A model generated the notes under the pieces. It worked only from the letters and a program-made list of their open reading frames with translations, ran no database searches and was not told the DNA's origin. DNA of 63,209 nucleotides, counting the filler, from Collodictyon triciliatum (Eukaryota): NCBI GenBank assembly GCA_043381765.1. It is 7 parts of 7 records of this genome, joined end to end, with 100 filler letters (N's around TTAATTAATTAA, not from the genome) between each part and the next. Parts side by side here need not be neighbours in the genome. Positions count along the whole stretch, not along the records: positions 9,181 to 18,258 come from JBHJMP010003169.1; positions 18,359 to 27,432 come from JBHJMP010003170.1; 5 more parts are not named here. The stretch is one strand, 5' to 3'. Every line of letters begins with the position of its first letter. Within the stretch, counting starts at the first letter, position 1. Positions 14,086-24,700 of the stretch are shown here, in pieces. Made by a program: the position numbers and the translations under genes.

Positions 14086-15834
14086 ACAAAAAACATAAAA
14101 CAAATAATAATAGTACCATAGGTAAAGAAATGCGCATTCGAAGGGTGATAGTGTGTGTGATGAAACTGGCGAAGGGCGTCGTAGGTGAGGCTGGTAATGT
14201 GTGGCGGATCGCCTCCAGAGACATGGTGGTACGTTGTGGTGGGGTAAAGGGCAGTTTGTAGGCGAGTAGAGAACAGTGACGCAGAATCAGCCTATTGCAG
14301 ACATAAGCTTTGAAATTACGAAATCATTCCCTATAATGGCTTTAATGATAATCGTAACAAACATAGCAAACATGATAATCAAGTTAAACTAGAAAATTCA
14401 ATAAACAGACCAATACACCCTTCATTTCATTCAGCACAACACCTTTGAAAGAAAGCTCGCTGCTGGTATCTGAGAACCAGTGTTAAGGTTATTGATAACA
14501 CAGTGATGGATAGTTTGCTTAGAAACGAAGATTTCATAGGAAACGAATTATATGCTATTTTACTAAAAAAAAATAAAAATAAAATAAGGTACATGTCATA
14601 TCTTATCATGAAATGATAATTATTTAAGAAGCATGCTGACCGTTGTCCTTGTACTCAAGTCGGTATCCTTCTTGTCGAAAGTCCAGCTCGTTAATCAGAG
14701 GATAAAAAACAGCGTCTGTGTAGATTGACATCAGATTGTAAAAGTCCACCTTGTTCTGGGTGGAAAAAGGATATGCAGTGAAGTCCGACCCTGCAATATT
14801 TAAGATTATGATGCAGAGCGAGTGGATAGATGCATGAGGTGAGTATATTCGCGCCGATTTTTTTGGGGGTTTCTTGAAAGAAGAAAATCGGGTTTAAGAT
14901 ATTGACAGCGTATTTGAGGTGCAAATGACATGAGGCGGTGATGGTCTCATAAGTGTTCAATCATTCATAGCAACCTGTCCATGCGTTCATGTACGTCTTC
15001 AGTGAACGTTTAAGCATATTGAAGAACGGATCTCGCACAGGATACTTGCGAGAGCCACAAAGAACAGTGTGTTCGAGAATGTGTGCCACTCCAGTAGAGT
15101 CAGTGGGATTGGTCGGAAAGGAGACGCTGTGGTTTGAAATATTAGTGTCATAAATACGACGAGCTCAACAGTAAAAAGCAATTAGTAAAAAAGAAAAATG
15201 TGAAAGTAAAAAGTAAAAAAAATAGAATAGAAAGTACAGAGTAAAAAGTAAAAAGTAAAAAGTAAAAAAGTAAAGAAGTAAAGTAAAAAGTAAAAAGTAA
15301 AAAGTAAAAAGTAAAAAGTAAAAAGTAAAAAGTAAAAAGTAAAAAGTAAAAAGTAAAAAGTAAAAAGTAAAAAGTAAAAAGTAAAAAGTAAAAGGTAAAA
15401 GGTAAAAAGTAAATAATAATAACAATAACAATAACAATAATAATCATAATCATAATCATAATCATACGGTCAAAAGATAAATAAAGTGGATGGCAAATAT
15501 AATCATTAGGACCTGAATACGTTGTCGGGATCATTACAGGCGAGATGGATGTACTTCGCGCCGGTCGCTTGATGAACATATGAGTTCGCGACAATATCTA
15601 GCTCCTTGACTGGTGTCACCTTGACGTAAAAATAATTAGAAAAAAGAAAAGTAATATATACAGATAAAAGAAAAATGAGAATGAAAAAGAAATAGGCAAC
15701 GATAAACATAATGATGGACGAGGTACATTCACGAGGCGGAAGTTGTGAAGAGGGGCATTTGAAGCTGCGTTTTCTGAGCCATAGAACCTGCGCCCCAGTA
15801 TGCCCCGCGAGGATAGCGAGAGACGAGCGAGCAT
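9393..15834 (-). CDS. PITRM1: Mitochondrial presequence protease (M16C metallopeptidase, PreP/Cym1); many exons; 3' end missing
   Basis: Presequence-like [20 protein letters not shown], then [35 protein letters not shown] (HXXEH), [24 protein letters not shown] and [13 protein letters not shown]. The last visible exon ([27 protein letters not shown]) ends at a GT donor at 9392; the intron runs into the spacer. Confidence 0.93.
11749..11904. repeat. (AAAAAGC)n followed by poly(A); (CAATA)n at 12578-12686; (AAAAAGT)n at ~15240-15412; (ATC)n at 16071-16138
   Basis: Seen directly, in or near PITRM1 introns. Confidence 0.93.
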
Positions 15835-16070
15835 CTGAATAAGTAATAAAAAAAAAAAAAAAAACTTCTTCAATTCCTAACTCAATGGGCGAGTTCATGT
15901 TTTCTGTGGCTTTGGAATATTCCTTTTTGTCGCGCTTTTGTTTTGTTTTTCGCACCGCAGAATGAATTCTCGGCGTGAGCGAGGTTATAAGCGAGAGATG
16001 AATCATTTCAGAAGGAAAGGAAAGGAAAGAAAAAATGATGCTATATTTGAAAGGATATATATGCGCACAT

Positions 16071-16137
<67 letters not shown>

Positions 16138-16998
16138 CCCTGTGCAACATTCACATGCCGCGCAGCTGCTTTTATGAAGGGTCAATCCCGTGGGAAGAGG
16201 GATTCAGGACGAAACTTGCAAAAACAACTTATATTCCTCATTGTTAAATGTGAGTTAACGTTGGTATGGGGAGTTTGGATATGAAGGAACGAGTATTACA
16301 ACCCTTCGATACGCTTTTTTTTCCTTCTAGCTTGCAGCGAGCCACATAATCATTACTTGAAATAAAGAACCCAAAAACTGGTGACTGAAAGAAGAAAGAA
16401 AAACACTCGGTACAAACGGAACAAAGCATCACATTTCTCTTTAAGGTGACATGATATCCAACAATGATGAATTCGTGTGCAATATTGTAAAAAGACGATG
16501 ATTGTTATTCACCAGTTTCCCGCATAAGTCCTCGATGCATCTGGTCAAAATAGCGCTCGGAATTATAGAAAAAAAAGTAGAGGACTGGGAGAATCAATAG
16601 ATGATTGGCCGGAGAGAAATCGGTTCATTCCCTTTAATCACGGATGAAAAAGTTGCAATCCACATGAAGCGCTTAAAAATAGGTAAATACTTCAGAGTAG
16701 TTTATAATTTATTTCAAATTCTGTCAGCACCAAAAACTCATCGTCATTCTTTGATTGCTTTTCTTTTTTTCTGTTGTACTGATAATCCATTCTGGCGTAT
16801 AGAGATTGTTTCTGATACAAATCAGTCATTACATGGTGATAGAACCATCGCGTCGGTCTGCGCTGTTATCACGTTGGAATCTCTATTGTCCTAAAATCAA
16901 AGCTAAAATGATTACATCGAGCGAAATGCGCCCTTTTTACCATTCATGACAATTATGTTTGCACGAAAATATTACTTACATTCATTTATTACGACATC

Positions 16999-18069
16999 TC
17001 AGTCATATAGCTGCAGGCTTCTGAGGGTGTCTGAAATACGAGAGCCATTCGAAAACTCGTTATTTCTCCAGCAAGGGAGTGCAGAAACTCCTCGTGGGAT
17101 TCTTTCTATGCTGATATTTTTCTCATAATCCTGAATGTGTAGTTGCTTGAGCTTTCTCATCATAGTGATGTGTGGAGGCAGCTCTATAATCTTTCCCATT
17201 TTCATCATTAGGTCTTGCAGTCATATATTATCCGCATTAATATATGGGGATTATCCAAAACATAATGAAAATGGAAAAGAAAAGAAGATGAGAATTCAGG
17301 GAAAGAAATTAATAATAAAAAAAAATCTCACTGGGTTACTAGTGACATCAAAGTGTTTCAGTTTTCTCATCCCAGATATTGTGGGAGGCAAGCTCGCTAT
17401 TTTATTTTCTGACAGATTCAGATGAGTAACGCGCGACAAAGAACATAGACATACTGGAAAGGCGTTGATTTGGTTACTGCAAAGAGATATGAACTTCAAG
17501 GTTGTCAACACCGACATCTCGTCGGGTAAAAAAGAGAGATGGTTGCAGGACAGGTTCATGTATGTGATAGTGGTCAATCCCGATGCCTTGGTCGAGAGGG
17601 TGGCAATCATGTTATTTGATGCATCTAAGTACTTGAGGCTAGGCAAGCCTAAGACTCCAGTTTGCAACATCGAGAGTTTGTTATTCGACACAGAAAAGCC
17701 CGTCAGTCTGCACAAACGGGACATCTCGTCGGGGAGCTCAGAGAGATTATTGAAAAAAAGGCCTAGCCACTCGAGTCCGTCCAACGCTAAAACCTCGTTT
17801 GGAAACAAAGAGAACTTGTTGTCGAATAGGTTCAAGAGAGTGAGACTAGTCAGAATAGAAATCTCAGTCGGCAACGAGTCCAGTTCGCCCGAACCAGCCG
17901 AAAGACTCATGAGCCTAGTCAACACAAGGACACTGCGCGGGATGAAGGAAAGGTTTTTGTTTGATATGTCAAGCTCTGTGCAGTTTTCCAGAGCACTGAA
18001 AAACCAGTCGGGCTTGTAAGTCGGCTGCAACTCACTTAACTCTGCAAAACTTGTGGCGCGGTCGGACAT
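16999..18069 (-). CDS. Leucine-rich repeat protein, family member LRR-1
   Basis: Exon 1 holds about nine 23-aa LRRs (LxxLxxLxLxxNxLxxLP) ending FDVTSNP|gt. Exon 2 is IIELPPHITMMRKLKQL...IERIPRGVSALPCW...LQLYD*. Degenerate family-like sequence (YTPEW) lies near 16790, so the 3' end is uncertain. Confidence 0.85.
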
Positions 18070-18174
18070 AGTCTTCCTCTGTCTCTGCAAAGAGTGGAGG
18101 AAAGAGAATATGGAACAGTCTGTTAACCTTCGACGAGTTCGCAAGACAGTTTTTGCTTTCTGGTTTTTGCCATT

Positions 18175-18239
<65 letters not shown>

Positions 18240-18736
18240 TTTTTTTTTTTTTTTTTTTNNNNNNNNNNNNNNNNNNNNNNNNNNNNNNNNNNNNNNNNNN
18301 NNTTAATTAATTAANNNNNNNNNNNNNNNNNNNNNNNNNNNNNNNNNNNNNNNNNNNNCCTCTTCTTTTAATCTTTCATATTTAAGTTTTTTTTATTTTT
18401 TGAACCATGCAGAAATATAGTTTCCAATCGTTAAAAATTGTAGAAAAAATGTCGTGAGAGGTACGATATTGCCAAGAAGCTCTACGAAAGAGCGAAGGCC
18501 CCGTTTCCGTTCCATGGTTGAAATTTGATTTATCTTTATCTCTTTTTGTGATATTTTTATTTGATACTATTTTAATATATCAACTTAACTAAATTTAAAT
18601 ATTGAAGCAGGTCTTGGTCTGGAAGAAAAAGGCTCTGTTGTGCTCATGCGTACTTGCATTCTTCTTGATAGGGTGATTAATAATAAATGAAATAATCATT
18701 AAAAAGGTATAAAATATATTCCGTTTGTGAAATATA

Positions 18737-21700
18737 ATGTCCTTTTCAAACCAGATGAAGCTTGCTCGTGAAGACCTGAAGGAGAGGCAATACAAGAAGT
18801 GGAATCCAGCTCCACAAAGATACGTGACACCAACACCGTTGCCACTCATTGTCTTTGACGAGCGTGTCATCCGTCTTTTCCTTTCCTCGACTTTCCGTGA
18901 CATGCAGCAAGAAAGAGACGAGTTCTTCAAGAACGGAGCCCCTGAGTAAGTTCAATCCATTTTTATAAATAAATTTCTGATGAGGAATGATAATTTGATG
19001 CTTTTATTTTACTAGAAGTGATATCTTTATGTCAGGTTGAAAAGGCTTGCGAAATCAAAGGGACTGGACCTTGTCTTTATCGACTTGCGCTGGGGACTGA
19101 CTTCTGTGGACAGTAGCGAGGGATGGGTAATCACACAATATTATTAACATTATTTTTGGAATTTTTTTAGAATATTAAGCATTTTATAAAATAATAAACT
19201 TCAATTTGCTCTTGTTGCTTTCAAAGGTTGTAATTCGCTGTCTGGACTCTATTGGAAAATGCCCATACTTTGTGTGCTCTCTCGGTGCGCGCTACGGTTG
19301 GATTCCTGACCAGAACAAAACGGAGCTGAACAAACAAGCCCTCCTTGAGGAGCTGCTGAAAACCAAGCCTGATGCCACCATGAAGGATGTCTCGGTGGAA
19401 TGGCGCAGTGAAACGAATAGTCGCTTCCCATTCATTGACGGAATGCCTGGGTTGAGTGTGACTGAGTACGAGGTGAAGCCAATCTTTACGTTATATTCTT
19501 TATCTTTTTATGAGTGATAATTGAAAAATAAATAAATTATTCTCTAAAATATATATATTCATGTTCAGATTCAGTACGCCTGTCTGATTGACAAACCAGC
19601 ATGCAGCCGCGCCTTCTTTTACCTCCGTGATGAGCATTATGCTGTCCAACATGCCAAGAATGAGGAAGAATGGTATCTCTTCCAAGCCGAAAGCAAAGAG
19701 GCGGTAAAAATTGATTTTAAGTATGATATTTTCGTTTTCAAGTTATTATGTTATGATTATTTAATGATTCGATTTTTTGACATATATTTCAATTTTATTT
19801 TTTTAGCGTAAGAGGCAGGAGGAGCTCAAAGGGAAAGTCAAGGCCAAGTTCGGGCATGTTGTTTACAAAGGAGCGAAGGAGTATTCGGACTTTGTGACCT
19901 ACCATCTCTCCTACGCCATTGAGCGCGACTTTGGGAATCAAAATGTATTTTTAATTTTTCTGGATTTATGGATATCAGTATTTATTGGTGAGGTATATAT
20001 TTCATTTATATTATGCTGACATAACCATAACCTAGGTGAGAGACCCTGAAGACCAAGCGCAGCATCAGTTCAAGATGCATCGACTGGCTGGGTTTGGTGG
20101 AAGAAAGGAGCTTCTCAAGGCAATCACGGAGCACGTAAGATGAAGATAAAGAGCAACTAATTAAAATGTCAACAATGTCCTTTGATTTTTTTCTTTTCTC
20201 ATCAATAAATCATTTCTATCAGGCCATGAATCAGCTGAACACCGATAAATCCAAAATCATCATTCTCGCTGCCGAGTCTGGGATTGGAAAGTCGTCGCTG
20301 ATGGCTGCTACAGCGAGATACCTCGAAGGGCTGAAGCATCCTGGGCTGCATGTCTTTTTCCATTTTGTCGGATGCACCAATCTCAGCAATTACGTGGAAA
20401 GGTTATTTCTATTCCTTTTTGTTTTTATAGATATAATAACATTGTTTTGGTTTTTTTAACATTTGTTTATTTTAGTGTTTCGATTCGTTTCTGGACTTTG
20501 GTCGCAAACTCTGCCAACTTTGCCGACCGAAAGAAGCAAGAAGCTGGTATTACAGTATTACATTGTATTTTTTTATCTTTTTAATTCAAATTTTGCATAA
20601 TTATTCATGTATTTTATCTTATTTTGCCACCAGAATACGAAAAAGAGGGACTCCAAGGGTTGCTGAAGATGATTCAGGAGAAAAACAAGTAATACTTCAA
20701 TTTTTTTGTTTATTTTAATGATTGTATCAGAATTGAAATACTTTGAATCGAATAAAAAATTGATATTAAATTATGTATATTTATAGGGACGAGAAGTTTG
20801 TCTTCCTCATCGATGCCATCAACCAAATCCACCCGTCGCAAGGAACGCCAGCTCCGCATCTGCTGACCTGGTTGCCAAAGGAAACACCAGCTAATGTTGC
20901 CATGGTTGTTTCGACCATTCATACCCATGAATCTTGCACGGTATTCAATATTTATTTATATTATGGGATATTCTTGTATTCTGCATAAAAATGATTTGAG
21001 TGGAACTTTACTTAATGTATCTGTCATAAGTCTGCCAAGCAAAGTGGACTGGAGCCAATTCCTGTCACAAAGTTAAACGAGGGCGAAATTAAGAATGGTG
21101 TTGAATCCTTCCTCATTCGCTATGACAAGACCCTGAACGAAAAGCAAATTGGAATGATTCTGGCTGACTTAAAAGATACCGGTGAGACATTGATTATAGG
21201 ATTATATATTTGATTAATGTTTTTTTAAGGAATGGTTAATTTATTCTTATCTGAATTTTTTTTATTCTAGGCCACCCGCTCTATCTCCGCATAATTCTTG
21301 ATGAGGTCAGGGTCTTTGGTGTCTATGAGAAGCTCGATGATGAACTGAATACGCTGCTTTCGACCAAAGGTGTCATTGAGCTTTACACTCTCATTATTCA
21401 GCGCTGGCAACTGAAGTTCGACAGGAAAGGTGAGTATTGGTTTCATATTTCACAAAAAAAAGTAAAGAATTATAATTGCCACTTTTGTTGATTACTTATC
21501 TTAACTGTACAGTCTCCTCCTCTGATGGAAAAGAGACAATAAAGGTCGAGTATGTCTCCCTCTCGATGAAGGTTCTCTTTGTTTCCCGCATTGGCCTGAG
21601 TGAAGTTGACCTGGACAAGTACATGAAAGATGCGATTGGCACAGGATTCGAGCTTGCTGAGTGGTTTGCTTACTCCTAAATTTTAATAGAATTAATAGGT

Positions 21701-24700
21701 TTACCTTTTTTCTTTTATTCTTTTATTTATCTAATCTTTTTGTTCATTCAAATAGGAAGTCCTTCTTCTTTACCCTCATCGAGTCGCTTTTCGTCCGCAA
21801 TGGAAGGTTAGTCTTATTTTTAAATCCTTTCGTTCGTTAATCGGTGCTTTTTGGGTATAATTTTATTTTGGTATAAAAACTAATATTGTTTATCATAGAT
21901 ACATGTACTTCCACCAGCTGCTGTTGGAGACCTCCGAAAAGGTCTACTTCTCCGAAGAGGAAGAGATGGAAAAAACGCACGAAAAATACGGAAAATGGCT
22001 GTTTGGCCAGTATTATGAGGCCGCTGACGCGGATGAGGAGCTTGCTGCTGAGATATGCTACCAGCTTCTGAAGGGCAGTTCGTTTGACTTGCTTGTTGAA
22101 TACATGAAGCAAAAACATGTAATTTTTTATTATATGATATGTTCAATTATTTTAGGTATAATAAAAAGATTTTCACTGTAAATTTTTAATATTTCATAGG
22201 TTATCAGTATCATGCTCGGTGGTCGCTATCGCTACGAGTTCTTTACATGCTGGAGAGCAATCAACGCAAGCGGAGCGGCAAACTACAAAGATGTTTATGG
22301 AAGCTTGGCTAAGGTTATTTTACTATTTATCTTTATTTTTTGAAGGTTACTACTTACACAATTTTAATATCAATCATGATTTATCTATTAATTATTTTTC
22401 AGTCTTTGGATAATGTGGGAGACCTGCTGGTTGGATTTTTCTTGGAGTCTTTTGAGAACTCGTTTTTGTTGTCTGTTCTGAATGTGCGTCTTGGAAAGCA
22501 TCAGACAGAAGGTATACAATTTAATATTATTTGATGATTAATGTATGTCATGAAGACGAATTTATATGTGGATACGTTCAATAATCTATCAATTTATAGA
22601 TGCAAAGTCTGCTGATTACCTGAATCTTGGTCGTGTCTACAAGAACCTTCAAAAGTATAAAAAATTATAAAAAAATCAATGATTATAAATAGGACATGAC
22701 ATGATGTTTATAATGCAAACTTTTCTAAAATAAAAATAAATTATACAGCTGGGCTGAGTCCATGGTCTACTACAAGAGATGCCTCGATTCAGTTGAGAAA
22801 AACGAAGATGATTCCCTGCGTATCGCCACCATTCACGAAGAAATGGGAATCATCTACCAGCAACAGGATAAGTAAGGCTCGCTTTCAACTGTAATATATT
22901 ATGAATAATGTTTCAAAAAGGAAGCATTCTAATTTGCTTATGAAACAGAATTGATGAAGCTCTTGATGAATACAAGAAATCACTGGACTTGAGAGTCAAA
23001 CAGCTGGGCGAGAACGACTTGCAAGTGGCCCTATCACATGACCGCTTCGGAGACATCCATGTGAAGCAGTCAAAGTAATGTTTGAATCACTTATATTCGC
23101 TAATATTCTGCTTTTATTTTTTCGTAAATATGTAAGTATGCTTTTAATTTTTTATGATAGGAATGAGCAAGCTCTAGCTGAATACAAAAAGGCCATGGAA
23201 ATTCGCCAAAAGAAAGTCGGAAACGAGCATCCTCTGGTCGCAACATCGTACCAGAACTATGGCCATGTCTCTCTGGCTGGGAAAAAGTAGCATATTCATT
23301 CATTTAAGACAGTTCTAAATTTTCTTATGATATTTTGGGATATTTTAATATGATTGAATCATCAAGGTATGAAGAGTCTGTTGAAAACTTCGAAAAGGCA
23401 AAATCAATCCTTGAAAAATCGCTGGGAGCCAAGCATGCATCTGTTGCCTCGACAATCCAGTATATTGCAAACGTTCATCTTGCCAGTGGAAAGTTCGGTT
23501 CTATAGATTTTAGATTATTTTCATAAAACAATAATTTTTCTTAAAATTGAATTTTTTCAAGATGAGTGTGGTTTTATATCTCACATTTGTATACTCTATT
23601 TATGGTTAAAATTTTACATCATATTATAATTCTAACTTATAAATATCAAATAAATATTGTCCTATATAGGAAAACTGAGGCCTTATCCTCATTAAAGCAA
23701 TCGCTGGATATTTTCATGCCTGCCCTGGGTGAAAATCATCCGAATGTTGTGGCCTGCTATGAAATGATTGGAGACATCAGCCATGATTTGAAGAAGTATC
23801 ATTTTATCAATTATGAATTACATTTATAATTGTGCCGAATAATATTTACTATATCTCAGATATAAGAATGCTTTGGAGGCTTATGCAAAGACACTGGATA
23901 TTCGCGTGAGAACATTGGGCGAAAAGCATGCGGATTGTGCTACCTCTCTGGAGAATGTTGGCCGAACAAACTTTGAGCTTAAAAGGTAACTTCTCTATTA
24001 TATTAGAAAATCGAATATTTTGATTAACACTTGTAAAAAAATATACATCGATAAATATTAACTGATATACATGTATCTAGTTCTGCTCAGTGTGTTGATT
24101 GCTTTCAGAAGGCAGCTGCTATCAGAAAGGAGACAAAGACTGCCATATCACTGAAAGACGGTTCACAATGTACAAGAATTGCGCAAATTATGGGAGACAA
24201 CAAAGAGCATGAAGCCGCCATTCAGCTTTACAAAACAGCTGCTTTTAGACATGGCGAAAAGTCATCCTATGAAAATTGGGACTGCTGGGTGGCTTGCGAG
24301 AATGTACACCAATACTGCAAACAGAATAAGCTACATGAAAGTGGCGCGGCATTCTCGGTTGAGATGAGAGACAAATTCGCTGATAAACTCGGATGGATTC
24401 ACCCCAGAACATTAAACTCATGCGAATACTTATCCGTCCATTCAAAAGAAATCGGAATCAAAAAAGAGCCTGTCGAGTTTACAAGAGTCAAGGAATTCAT
24501 CAGCGAAACTCTTGATGATGCAAAACTAGATGGGGAATGGAATCGTGAGCAAATCATTGCATCATTATTCAGAATTGTCTACATGTCAAAGACTGATGAG
24601 AGCAAATCAAAGGTTGCATCTGATGCCATCACAGTTTTGAATTTCATGAATATTTCGTTAGATGCTATGGATTTATCAAACATCAAAATTCCACATGCAG

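Noticed and set aside
18737-23985. Calling the STAND gene NPHP3 or TEP1
   Set aside because: No N-terminal myristoylation/coiled-coil region (NPHP3) or TROVE domain (TEP1), and the C-terminal cassette fits neither. Left unnamed pending phylogeny.
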